Assembly (NCBI GenBank): GCA_017609605.1
Contig: JAFCDO010000003.1
Location: forward strand, 24,470-88,469
DNA from: Candidatus Parvarchaeota archaeon
GTDB taxonomy: Archaea; Nanobdellota; Nanobdellia; JAAOXT01
Direction: 5' to 3'
Length of the DNA: 64,000 nt
Shown here piece after piece: positions 38,272 through 47,373 of this stretch. Position numbers and translations under genes: made by a program. Under the pieces are notes generated by a model. The model saw only the letters and a list, made by a program, of their open reading frames with translations, did no database searches and was not told the origin of the DNA. Numbering within the stretch: position 1 is the stretch's first letter; every line of letters starts with the position of its first letter.

Positions 38272-39492
38272 GAGAGACTTTGCACAAAAAGTCGTTAAGG
38301 AAAGGATTATTGGACATACTTGCCACCCACACGCTTTTCTTAAAAAAACTTCTTTATCCAATTACGTTTAATGCTTGCCATTAAAAGTGTTAAAGGCAAA
38401 ATAATCGGCCTAACCAGAAGAAAAAAAGAATTCTTAGACAAAGAGTATTCTGAGTTCAATCATTTATGCAAATTCTTAACAGAAGCCAATAAACATGGAA
38501 TGGACGAATACTGCGAGTACGGTTTCATTAAAGACAAGTTCAATGTTTATTCATTAACCAAAACCCAAGCAATCCGGAACTGCTCAAAAACGAGAAGAGA
38601 ACAACCACTAACAATACACAACCAATCAGTCAAAATTGAAGTAAACAATAACAAGCTTTCATCGCTATGGGTTCGCATACCTGTTCACGGTGTGTGGGGT
38701 GGAATCTGGCTGCCAGTAAAAACAAGCAAGGACAAAATAGAACTAATCAAAGAATGCAAAACCACAAGCATTAGAATCAAAAAGAAGAAAAATGATTATT
38801 TTATCTCAATCACTATCCAAAAAGAAATCAAACCATTATCATGCTCTAACATCCTTGCAATAGACCTAGGGGAAAAAACCATTGCAACTGTCTGTGGCAC
38901 TGCACACAAAAAACCCCTATTCCTAGGCAAGAACGTAAGAGGAACTCGCAGGCACTACGCACACCTAAGAAAACAGTTAGGAAACAAGAAACTGCTAAAA
39001 ATGATTAGAAAAGTGGGTCAGAAAGAAAAAAACAAAGTGAACTCCACTCTCCACAAAATCAGCAAAATAATCGTTGAAGTAGCCAGCAAAACCAATTCCC
39101 TAATCATCCTCGGAAACTTAAGAAGCATAAGAAACAAAAGCCGAGGAAAACGATTAAACAGAATCGTTAGCAACATGCCCTACCACAAACTAACCCAAAT
39201 GATAAACTACAAAGCCACGTGGAAAGGAATAACCGTCAAGAAAACCTGTGAAGCGTACACTTCAATCACATGCAACAAATGTGATAGCATTGATAAGAAT
39301 AGCAGGAAGGGTCAAGGACTCTTCAAATGCCAAGAATGCGGTTACCAAGTTAACGCTGACTACAACGCCTGCGAAAACATACTCAAAAGGTCGCTAGACT
39401 ACATGTTTGGTGACGGGGCTTTAGCTTACGCCCAAAAGAGCAGCTTGACTGCTCAAGCATAATAAAATCACTTAATTATGCAAAGCCACAAC
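38272..39492 (+). mobile_element. Non-autonomous tnpB-only element (IS200/605 or IS607 superfamily derivative)
   Basis: tnpB with no transposase; subterminal hairpin at 38276-38293; AACGAGA repeated at 38269-38275 and 39490-39496; sits between divergent promoters. Ends are inferred. Confidence 0.6.
38371..39462 (+). CDS. tnpB: RNA-guided endonuclease TnpB (rearranged RuvC type)
   Basis: RuvC-I AIDLG, RuvC-II ILGNL, CEAYTS, Zn ribbon CxxC..CxxC, NADYNA. Confidence 0.92.
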   Translation: MLAIKSVKGKIIGLTRRKKEFLDKEYSEFNHLCKFLTEANKHGMDEYCEYGFIKDKFNVYSLTKTQAIRNCSKTRREQPLTIHNQSVKIEVNNNKLSSLWVRIPVHGVWGGIWLPVKTSKDKIELIKECKTTSIRIKKKKNDYFISITIQKEIKPLSCSNILAIDLGEKTIATVCGTAHKKPLFLGKNVRGTRRHYAHLRKQLGNKKLLKMIRKVGQKEKNKVNSTLHKISKIIVEVASKTNSLIILGNLRSIRNKSRGKRLNRIVSNMPYHKLTQMINYKATWKGITVKKTCEAYTSITCNKCDSIDKNSRKGQGLFKCQECGYQVNADYNACENILKRSLDYMFGDGALAYAQKSSLTAQA

Positions 39493-39512
39493 GAGAAAAC
39501 TTATAAAAAACT
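39390..39512 (+). ncRNA. Candidate TnpB omega/reRNA scaffold plus guide
   Basis: Consecutive hairpins at 39390-39414, 39416-39433, 39438-39454 and 39457-39481 overlapping the tnpB 3' end. Confidence 0.5.
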
Positions 39513-39531
39513 GGTTTCATTAGTGAAGCCA

Positions 39532-40371
39532 ATGAATGGGAACTACCTCTTCGCAGGTCTGGAATGGAAGAAGAGAGTTGACAAAATAGTTCCGTACATG
39601 ATTCTTAGGAACGGGGGTAAAGATCAAAAAGTCCCTCTGCTCAAAGGAGATAATCTAAGATTCAAGATTCTTAACGAAAAATATTGTTTAGGTTATAACC
39701 ATAATCCTTGTCCTTTCAGCACGCAAATCAAGAAAGGCATGCAATGCTTTAAGTGCAAGCAAATTGATGACCGTCACGCGTGCAAAAAATGCGTTGGTGA
39801 GAGGTGCATGAGTGAGTTAGGAAAGGATTACTGTTTCAATAATGAGTTCGCGGTTTACCTTGCAAGCTTCGGAGACATTCTTAAGGTAGGTGTTAGCAGC
39901 ACTAAAAGAGTGGTTACTAGATGGGTGGAGCAGGGAGCTGACTGCGCGGTTAAAGCTCTGAAAGCGGGTAACGGTTTGGAAGCCAGAAAAATTGAGTCCA
40001 TGATAGCTAAGAAGTTGGGGGTTAAGACTGCTGTGAGGTCCAGCCAAAAAAAAAGTTTAATGCTTAAGGGAGGGCAACCTGAATTAATCGGTTCTGTGCT
40101 CGAAAAAGTTCACGAAATGTTCCCAGACCATGTTTACAGTAAAACAATTCTTAACGTGGACGAGAAAACAGGTTTTGACTTCAACGCTGACGCTTTGGAT
40201 TATGATGAGAAACTTGTTTCCGGAAAGATTCTTGGGGTTAAAGGCTCGTGGATTTTTTTAAAGAACGGGAGGACAAGCTATTCTTTAAACACTAACTTGT
40301 TGAAAGCCAGTTTATTGGGGTTCAGCAAAACTAAAGAAAAACCGACTGTTCAAGCTAGGCTGTTTACCTAA
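39532..40371 (+). CDS. DUF2797-like Zn-finger protein
   Basis: CLGY..PCP..QCFKC..CKKC..C..C, VYLASFG..KVG, RWVEQGA; TTATAAA at 39501. Confidence 0.85.
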   Translation: MNGNYLFAGLEWKKRVDKIVPYMILRNGGKDQKVPLLKGDNLRFKILNEKYCLGYNHNPCPFSTQIKKGMQCFKCKQIDDRHACKKCVGERCMSELGKDYCFNNEFAVYLASFGDILKVGVSSTKRVVTRWVEQGADCAVKALKAGNGLEARKIESMIAKKLGVKTAVRSSQKKSLMLKGGQPELIGSVLEKVHEMFPDHVYSKTILNVDEKTGFDFNADALDYDEKLVSGKILGVKGSWIFLKNGRTSYSLNTNLLKASLLGFSKTKEKPTVQARLFT

Positions 40372-40395
40372 AAAAAAGAACAGGCAAATTTTTTT

Positions 40396-41052
40396 TTAAC
40401 CAATGATTGTTCCTAAAAAATCCTTGCCTTCCATGAATTTTTGAAGTTCGTCGAGCTTGTGGCCGTTAATGACAACGACTTTCAGCCCTGCTTTCTCGCA
40501 AATCTTTGCAGCCCTTGGCTCGAAAACGAATTCCATTCCCGGGTCGTGCTTGCCGAACCCTGAGCGCTCAGCCACTTCAAAAAATTCTTTCCAACCAATT
40601 TTTCTAAACATTTTGGCATTATCGTGTTCTTTCGGGTTTTTGTCGTAGACGCCGTCCACGTCAGTGAGGTTAACAATGTAATCTGCTTGCACGGTTTTAG
40701 CTATCTCGGCTGCGCTCGCGTCAGTGGTCTGCCCAGTTTTTAGCCCGCCGAAAACCCTCATAGTTTCAACATCGTCTAGAGTATAGCCCACCCCGTTCAG
40801 CCCTGAATAAAGCGTTAATAACATGGCGTTGACGTGCGTGCACATAATGCCCAACAAGTCCCTATCGTCATCGTTGATTCCTAGGTTCTTGGCTGCTTTG
40901 GCGTAAGTTCTGGCGGTCGCTCCTCCACCGCAGACAATCCAGTGGTCTTTAATGTTTTTGGCGAACGCCGTGAACTTTTTGATGTAGTTCACGTCAACGT
41001 TTTTATCCTTAGGCACGAGCAGTGAACCCCCAACTGAAATAACACACTTCAT
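40396..41052 (-). CDS. pyrH: UMP kinase
   Basis: VISVGGS, VCGGGATARTY, GQTTD, DVDGVYDKNP. Confidence 0.93.
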   Translation of the reverse strand: MKCVISVGGSLLVPKDKNVDVNYIKKFTAFAKNIKDHWIVCGGGATARTYAKAAKNLGINDDDRDLLGIMCTHVNAMLLTLYSGLNGVGYTLDDVETMRVFGGLKTGQTTDASAAEIAKTVQADYIVNLTDVDGVYDKNPKEHDNAKMFRKIGWKEFFEVAERSGFGKHDPGMEFVFEPRAAKICEKAGLKVVVINGHKLDELQKFMEGKDFLGTIIG

Positions 41053-41081
41053 TTTAATTCATTACTCACAAAGAAGGGTTT

Positions 41082-42332
41082 TTAACCTTTTCCAAAAAGT
41101 TTCATCATTCCTTCAAAACTCGTTTTTTGCTGTTTTCCAGTCTTCATGTCTCGAACAGTGAACTTTTTTTCTTTCAACTCCTTTTCACCAATTATCAAGA
41201 CAAAAGGGATCCCTTTCTTTGAAACATAATCTAACTGTTTCTTTAAGCTTCTGCCCATCAAATCGGTTTCCACATTCATTCCAGCCTTCCTCATTTTTTG
41301 GGCAAGTCCAACAACTTTTTTGTCAAATTCTGGTTTAACACTCGCCACAAAAACTTTGGTGCTGCTGGCCTGTTTTGACTTGGATTTGAGCAATTCAAAA
41401 ATGGGTTCAATGCCTAAAGAAAAACCTGTTGCGGACACGTCCCTGCCAGATAAAATTTTGATGAGATTATCATACCTTCCGCCACCACCAACACTTACTT
41501 TAATATCCTTACAAGAAGCTTCAAAAACGGGTCCAGTGTAGTAATCCAGTCCACGGGCAAGAGAAACGTCAATAACGTAGTTCTTTACGTTAAAAGATTT
41601 CAAGTAACCGGTAAGTTCTTCCAGTTCTTTAATGCCCTTGCAGCCTCCGAGAATTTTTTTCAATTTTTCCAAAGAGTCCGTGCCGATTAGTCGAATAATT
41701 TTTTTGCAGGATTCTTTGCTTATTCCTCTATCAATTAGTTCTTTTTCCACACCTTTTAACCCCACTTTATCGAGCTTGTCAATTGATCTAAACGCTTCCT
41801 GCCACAATTTTTTAGGGATTCCAGAGTAATCCATCATGTCTGCAAGGATTTTTCTGTTGTTGACGCGCATGATTATGTTCAACCCGAGTTTCTTGTAAAC
41901 CTCAAGGACTGCGGTTATGATTTCAGCGTCAGCCATCATTGAGTTTGAGCCGAAAGAATCGATGTCGAACTGGTAAAACTCGCGGTACCTGCCTTTCTTT
42001 ATTTCTCCGTACCTCCAAGCTTTGCCGTATTGGTAGCGCTTGAAAGGCATTATTAATTGAGGGTTGTTCGCCAGCACTCGCGAAGTCGGAACGGTGAGGT
42101 CAAATCTCAATCCAACTTTTCTTCCTCCTTTGTCTTTGAAAGCGAATAATTCTTTTTTCACGTCTTCCCCGCTCTTAGCTGTTAAGGTTTCCTCGTACTC
42201 TAAAGCGGGGGTGTCTAATGGAGCGAAACCATACTTTGTTAATACTGTTTGAGCTGTTTCGAAAATCTTTTTCCTGACCATCATTTCTTCAGGCAGAAAA
42301 TCCTTCATGCCTTTAACGGTTTGATAGTTCAT
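41082..42332 (-). CDS. hisS: Histidine--tRNA ligase
   Basis: KGMKDFLP, LRFDLT, GRYREFYQ, RGLDYYTG, GGGRYD. Confidence 0.97.
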   Translation of the reverse strand: MNYQTVKGMKDFLPEEMMVRKKIFETAQTVLTKYGFAPLDTPALEYEETLTAKSGEDVKKELFAFKDKGGRKVGLRFDLTVPTSRVLANNPQLIMPFKRYQYGKAWRYGEIKKGRYREFYQFDIDSFGSNSMMADAEIITAVLEVYKKLGLNIIMRVNNRKILADMMDYSGIPKKLWQEAFRSIDKLDKVGLKGVEKELIDRGISKESCKKIIRLIGTDSLEKLKKILGGCKGIKELEELTGYLKSFNVKNYVIDVSLARGLDYYTGPVFEASCKDIKVSVGGGGRYDNLIKILSGRDVSATGFSLGIEPIFELLKSKSKQASSTKVFVASVKPEFDKKVVGLAQKMRKAGMNVETDLMGRSLKKQLDYVSKKGIPFVLIIGEKELKEKKFTVRDMKTGKQQKTSFEGMMKLFGKG

Positions 42333-42856
42333 CTTCCAAAACCTCCTTTATAAGCTTCAGCGTTGTAAAAAGGGGCTAGCGCGCAAAACAATGCTTGTTC
42401 GAAAAAATCGGTTCTGGTCACGTTATTTTTTGTCAGCAATCCAATAACCCCTTCTTTTTTTCCAATCCCTTTCCGACCTTCAAGCTTATCAATAACTTCT
42501 CCTAACTCCACTCCTTCTAAAACTCGTGAGACAATGCTGTTAGGCAAGGGAATGGATACAGTGCTTGCAAGACCTGTTTTTTTGCCATCAGTAATTGCAA
42601 CCCAACCTTTCGTGTAATAAACTGTTTGCACTTGAATGATTCCGCCTTCCAGTCCGACCCCGAAACCGTTTTTTTGGTAGGCCATGACCGCCCGGTTAAC
42701 CGCTCCTTGAATGATTTCGTTGTCATTCATTGGCTGGGCGTTGACGCCAGATTCGGTTTTCATTCCTTCCACTTCGATTTGTCCGAAAACTTTTTCAAAA
42801 ACTTTTTTCGCAGCGTTTATCTTGGCTGGATTGGTTGAGCCGACAAAAACCTTCAT
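42329..42856 (-). CDS. yjjX: Inosine/xanthosine triphosphatase (YjjX family)
   Basis: VGSTNPAK, SGVNAQP, GAVNRA, GLEGG, GVIGLLT. Confidence 0.92.
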   Translation of the reverse strand: MKVFVGSTNPAKINAAKKVFEKVFGQIEVEGMKTESGVNAQPMNDNEIIQGAVNRAVMAYQKNGFGVGLEGGIIQVQTVYYTKGWVAITDGKKTGLASTVSIPLPNSIVSRVLEGVELGEVIDKLEGRKGIGKKEGVIGLLTKNNVTRTDFFEQALFCALAPFYNAEAYKGGFGR

Positions 42857-42903
42857 GCTTAGATATTTGGTCGCACCCATTTTTAAGTTTTTGAGTTTAG
42901 AAA

Positions 42904-42976
42904 GGTCCGGGCCGAGATTCGAACTCGGGTCAACGGGACCACAACCCGCTATCCTAACCACTAGACTACCCAGACC
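42904..42976 (-). tRNA. tRNA-His(GTG) with encoded G-1
   Basis: G-GTCTGGG...CCCGGAC-C acceptor, anticodon GTG, GTTCGAATC T-loop. Confidence 0.95.
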
Positions 42977-43191
42977 AATTATGAACAAAACCCCGCTCTA
43001 CACCTATAAACTTTTCGAGAACGGGTTCAATAAAAGTAAGGCTAGTGAAATCACTGTTGATGAACGCACTCACCGCTTTTCATTGTAATAATAAAAGGTT
43101 GGGAACACGATTTATAAACTTTTTCATTCACTTTCTTCTTTTAAAAAAAAGCAAACATTAAAAGAGAAAAAAATTATTTTTTTCTAATTAA

Positions 43192-43917
43192 ATGAGGGTT
43201 AATGAAGGGTTAAGTCTTTCCCTTAACAAGCTGATTCGCGAAATCAATAGAAGTTGCGAGCTTGAAAAAAATCTTTTACTAATAGAGAATCCTTGCGATG
43301 AAGACAAAAAAATCTTGAAAGAAAAGTTTGAAACCCTGTTCCCACAAACCAAGAAGAGCGTTGCCGAATACGCGTTAGGAGCGCTGCTGGTCATGGACGT
43401 CCTGCCAAGCGAGGGAAAATTGTCCGACAGCGTGAGAAAAACATGGTTTTACGGCGAGTATGAGCCAATGCTGATGAACCAAAGAATAATTACGAGACCG
43501 AAAGAAGCCAGGCTCATCAAATCATATGGTAGGATTTGCAGTCTCTACTCAGTATCCTACGAGCTGCCCGTGAAAATAGCTCAGCATTTCAGAAAAGGAC
43601 ACGATTATTTGCACGACCAATTTAAGGAATCGCTGGAAAGCCATTTCAACGTTTTAATGGTCATGTCAGAGACGCGATTGGATGAGAAAGGTTACGGCCA
43701 GGTTCGGGAAAGAGCTGAGAACAAAGCAGTGTTACTGGGTTTAATGCTACCCTTCTCAAACCATGTTTTGGAACTGTCAAGACTGAGAGAAATACCTTAT
43801 GACGCGATGCGAGCGGTTTACGATTACTGGGAAGACATAAAAGGTTTTGGCATGGAACCAAACAATTTTTATGTTGAAAAAATTATGAGGAAGCTAGGAT
43901 GGAAGCACTGTACTTGA
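43192..43917 (+). CDS. Hypothetical protein
   Basis: 241-aa helical-looking ORF overlapping the alaX start; no motif recognised. Confidence 0.6.
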   Translation: MRVNEGLSLSLNKLIREINRSCELEKNLLLIENPCDEDKKILKEKFETLFPQTKKSVAEYALGALLVMDVLPSEGKLSDSVRKTWFYGEYEPMLMNQRIITRPKEARLIKSYGRICSLYSVSYELPVKIAQHFRKGHDYLHDQFKESLESHFNVLMVMSETRLDEKGYGQVRERAENKAVLLGLMLPFSNHVLELSRLREIPYDAMRAVYDYWEDIKGFGMEPNNFYVEKIMRKLGWKHCT

Positions 43918-44522
43918 AGGATTGTTATTTGAAAGAATTTGACGCTGAGGTCACTAGCGTGAACGGCGACGAAATAGAGCTTGACAGAACAGCGTTTTAC
44001 CCTGAAAGCGGGGGCCAGCTCTGTGATTTGGGAACTTTGAACGATTACAGAGTCGTGCACGTGAGAAAAGACAAAGGCAGAATCATTCACGAAGTCGAAG
44101 ACCAGCACACCGCGGTCCACGTGTTATCTAAAGTGGTGTGGGAAGACCTTGGAGGAGAAATTAGTGGAGGCCAACTCGGACTTGAAGAATCTAGAGATGA
44201 TTACACGATCCCTGAATTTGACCGCGAAAAACTGGGGCAAGCAGTCAAAAAAGCCAACGTTTTAATCGAGAAAGGAGCGGAAGTGCGCTTCAAATTCATG
44301 CCACGCGAAAGAGCGGATAAGGAACCAGACTTGATTCGCACCAAAGTCAATTTGATACCTTTATTCGTGAAAACCATTCGAGTGGTTAAGATTCAAGGCT
44401 TGGACATGCAGGCGTGCGCTGGAACTCACGTCAAAAACATTAATGAAATCGGAAGAATAGTGATAACTCGCGCGCAAAACAAGGGAAGGAATAATCGCAG
44501 GTTATACTTCACGTTACAATAA
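43899..44522 (+). CDS. alaX: Alanyl-tRNA editing protein AlaX (internally shortened)
   Basis: TAFYPESGGQ, HTAVH, ACAGTH Zn ligands. Confidence 0.88.
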   Translation: MEALYLKDCYLKEFDAEVTSVNGDEIELDRTAFYPESGGQLCDLGTLNDYRVVHVRKDKGRIIHEVEDQHTAVHVLSKVVWEDLGGEISGGQLGLEESRDDYTIPEFDREKLGQAVKKANVLIEKGAEVRFKFMPRERADKEPDLIRTKVNLIPLFVKTIRVVKIQGLDMQACAGTHVKNINEIGRIVITRAQNKGRNNRRLYFTLQ

Positions 44523-44556
44523 AATTTTTTAATAAGAACTGTTGGCATTAAGTGAC

Positions 44557-44931
44557 ATGCCAGTAAGACCAAGAATACAGAGGATTCACGGCAAACTTCA
44601 AGAGCCAGAGGAACTAGACAGGTTTTTGGAAAAAATTATTGCCGAAAACATGGTTGAAGAAGAAGTCAAAAAAACCTTTGAATCTGAAGATCCTGGAAGA
44701 TATGGTGCAGCAATTTTTTATCCGCGAACCATTCTGGAAAAAGATGGCGAAATAATTGAAGTAGTGCCTTGTCAAGATCCAGTGATGGAAAACTTGGATG
44801 GAGAACACGTGGTCTGCGCTTACTCTCAAATAAAAGAATCGCCTTTGGGAGATGTCTGGGAGCTCGTCATAAGAGAAAGAAAGGGCGAGTACATGTTAGA
44901 GATTAAGAACGGACCTTTTATAGACTTTTAA
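44557..44931 (+). CDS. Hypothetical acidic protein
   Basis: 124-aa ORF with an AT-rich TATA-like element about 25 nt upstream. Confidence 0.55.
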   Translation: MPVRPRIQRIHGKLQEPEELDRFLEKIIAENMVEEEVKKTFESEDPGRYGAAIFYPRTILEKDGEIIEVVPCQDPVMENLDGEHVVCAYSQIKESPLGDVWELVIRERKGEYMLEIKNGPFIDF

Positions 44932-47331
44932 TTAAACGAACTCAACGTCCAATTTCACTTTATCAAGCTTGATTTGACTAGCTTTACCGAAAACGATTTT
45001 CGAGTGAGTAGCTGCTCGAACATCTTCCAACACTTTTTCTAAGAGCGCCCTGTCATTTGAGGAAGCTTGGATAACAATTTTTACAGGTTCTTTCAAACTT
45101 TTTTGAGCATGGTTCTTGAACTTGCGGACAGCGCTGACGATTTCGACGGAGAGGTCACCCACCTTTTCCGCTTCTTTATTTCTTTTACTTGTTTTAGGCC
45201 AATTGGTTAAGTGAATGCTTTCTTCCTTTTCGTGCTTCTTGAAAAAAGTTTGGTACAGTTCTTCGGTCACGTGAGGCATTATCGGGGCGAACAACTTCAA
45301 AACGTCCAATAAAACTTTGTAAAGCGTGTACTGCGCGGCTTTCTTAGAAGACAAGTTCCCGTATAAGCGATACTTGACCATTTCCAAATAATTGCTTGCG
45401 AAAACGCTCCACATAAAATTATCCACGGCGCTTTTATCCTTTGAGAAATCGTAACGTTCAAAACCTTGGGTGGCTGTTTCAATCACTTCCTGCAGTTTGG
45501 ATAAAACCCATTCGTCCACTAGCGTTAATTTGGGTTTCGGGCCTGGCTTGTAGTCTTTCAAATGAGTGATGCAAAATTTTGAAAGATTCCACAGTTTCGT
45601 GATGGTTTTTTTGCCGCTAACCACTTCTTTCTCCCTGTAAGGAGTGTCCTCGCCCAGCTTGGCGCTCGCAGCGAAGAAGCGGAACGCGTCAGCCCCGAAC
45701 TTGTCCAAAACTTTTCGAGGGTTAACTGTGTTTCCTTTGGATTTGCTCATCTTCTTACCCTTCGGGTCGAGCACCCACCCGTTAATCATGGCGGCACCCC
45801 AAGGAATCTTGTCCTCGTGTAAAAGGCCTTTGAGCAGTGTTCTGAAAAGCCAGAAAGTTATTATGTCATGACCATTGCTGCGCAAACTCATTGGGAACAT
45901 TTTACCAAAAAATTTGGGGTCTTCCACCCATTTGAGCGCAATCATGGGGGTCAAAGCAGAAGTGGTCCAAGTGTCCATTACATCTTTTTCTGGAGTGAAG
46001 TCTTTGGAACCGCATTTATGGCAAGGTTTTTTTGGTTGGTCGTTGGTCGGGTCAACAGGGAGTTGCGAGTCTTCAGCTAAGATGACTTCTCCGCACTTGC
46101 AGTACCATACAGGGAAAGGGATGCCGTAAAACCTTTGACGGGATATGCACCAGTCCCACTGAGCGCCTTTAACCCAATTATCATAACGATTCCTCATGTG
46201 AGAAGGATGCCAGTCAAGCTTTTTGCCCGCAGCCAGCAATTCTTTTTTCATGTCAGTGTATTTGATGTACCATTGCTTGCTGTTCAATATCTCGAAAGGG
46301 ATTCCGCAACGCTCATGAACCTTAACGTCATGAACGATTTCCTCCTGGCCAGCTAATAAACCCGCGTCTTTCAAGTCCTGAACAATTCTTTCCCTAGTTT
46401 CTTTAACCTTTAACCCAGCGTACCTTCCAGCTATTTTGGTCATTCTTCCTGACTTGTTGATAGCAATTTTTAATGGCAGCTTGTGCGCCATGTACCATTC
46501 CATGTCATTTTGGTCGCCGAAAGTGCAGCACATAACGACCCCACTTCCTTTTTTTAAGTCAACTCTCTGGTCAGCGAGCACTGGAACACGGAAATCAAAT
46601 AAAGGAACTATCAGTTCCTCGCCAACCAATTTCTTGTTTTTCTTATCGTCAGGGTGGACGAAAACCGCGACGCACGCGGGCAATAGTTCGGGACGAGTGG
46701 TGGAAATAATGATTTTTCGCCCTGAAAGAGTGTGAAATATTATGTCGTTGAAAAACGTTTTTGCTTGCTTGTCCTCAAGCTCGATTTGCGCGACCGCGGT
46801 CTCGCATTTAGGGCACCAAAGAGTCGGTGATTCCTTGCGGTACTCCACGCCTTTTTTGTAAAGGTCTATGAAGCTTCGTTGAGAAACTTTTTGACTCCAA
46901 TCATCAATGGTTCTGTAATGAAGACTCCAGTCCGGAGAGAGCCCGATGCTCATGAAATCCTTAATCAGTTCTTTTTCCGCTTCCTTAGTTTCTTTGAGAC
47001 AGAGCTTGATGAACTTTTGTCGGGACATGCTCGTAGCCCGCACACCCAACTTTTTTTCAACGTATCTCTCAGTGGGTAATCCGTTGTCATCAAAACCGAA
47101 TGGGTAAAAAATGTTGAATCCTTGCATGCGCTTGTACCGCATGACGAAATCAGCTTGCGAGTACCCGAAAGCGTGTCCAATATGCATTTCACCTGAAACT
47201 GTTGGAGGAGGAGTGTCCAAGGAGAAGACAGTTTTTTTGCTCTTAGAATTGAAAGCAAAAATTTTTTGTTTTTTCCAGTACTCCTGCCATTTCTTCTCGG
47301 TTTTTAACGCGTCGTACTTGCCTTCCATCAT
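44932..47331 (-). CDS. valS: Valine--tRNA ligase
   Basis: DTPPPTVSG.MHIGH, TTRPEL, DWCISRQR, KMSKS. Confidence 0.96.
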   Translation of the reverse strand: MMEGKYDALKTEKKWQEYWKKQKIFAFNSKSKKTVFSLDTPPPTVSGEMHIGHAFGYSQADFVMRYKRMQGFNIFYPFGFDDNGLPTERYVEKKLGVRATSMSRQKFIKLCLKETKEAEKELIKDFMSIGLSPDWSLHYRTIDDWSQKVSQRSFIDLYKKGVEYRKESPTLWCPKCETAVAQIELEDKQAKTFFNDIIFHTLSGRKIIISTTRPELLPACVAVFVHPDDKKNKKLVGEELIVPLFDFRVPVLADQRVDLKKGSGVVMCCTFGDQNDMEWYMAHKLPLKIAINKSGRMTKIAGRYAGLKVKETRERIVQDLKDAGLLAGQEEIVHDVKVHERCGIPFEILNSKQWYIKYTDMKKELLAAGKKLDWHPSHMRNRYDNWVKGAQWDWCISRQRFYGIPFPVWYCKCGEVILAEDSQLPVDPTNDQPKKPCHKCGSKDFTPEKDVMDTWTTSALTPMIALKWVEDPKFFGKMFPMSLRSNGHDIITFWLFRTLLKGLLHEDKIPWGAAMINGWVLDPKGKKMSKSKGNTVNPRKVLDKFGADAFRFFAASAKLGEDTPYREKEVVSGKKTITKLWNLSKFCITHLKDYKPGPKPKLTLVDEWVLSKLQEVIETATQGFERYDFSKDKSAVDNFMWSVFASNYLEMVKYRLYGNLSSKKAAQYTLYKVLLDVLKLFAPIMPHVTEELYQTFFKKHEKEESIHLTNWPKTSKRNKEAEKVGDLSVEIVSAVRKFKNHAQKSLKEPVKIVIQASSNDRALLEKVLEDVRAATHSKIVFGKASQIKLDKVKLDVEFV

Positions 47332-47373
47332 ATCTTAAAACATATTTGAAAAAAAGGGTTTTTAAAAAACTAT

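Noticed and set aside
38230..39540. Cas12f/Cas14 CRISPR system
   Set aside because: No repeat-spacer array or cas1/2/4 nearby; hairpins and ends fit a TnpB element.
43040..43085. Possible second C/D sRNA (TTGATGA followed by ACGCACTCACCGC, loosely antisense to a conserved 16S segment)
   Set aside because: No D box or terminal stem, and two C:A mismatches to the consensus rRNA as I recall it.
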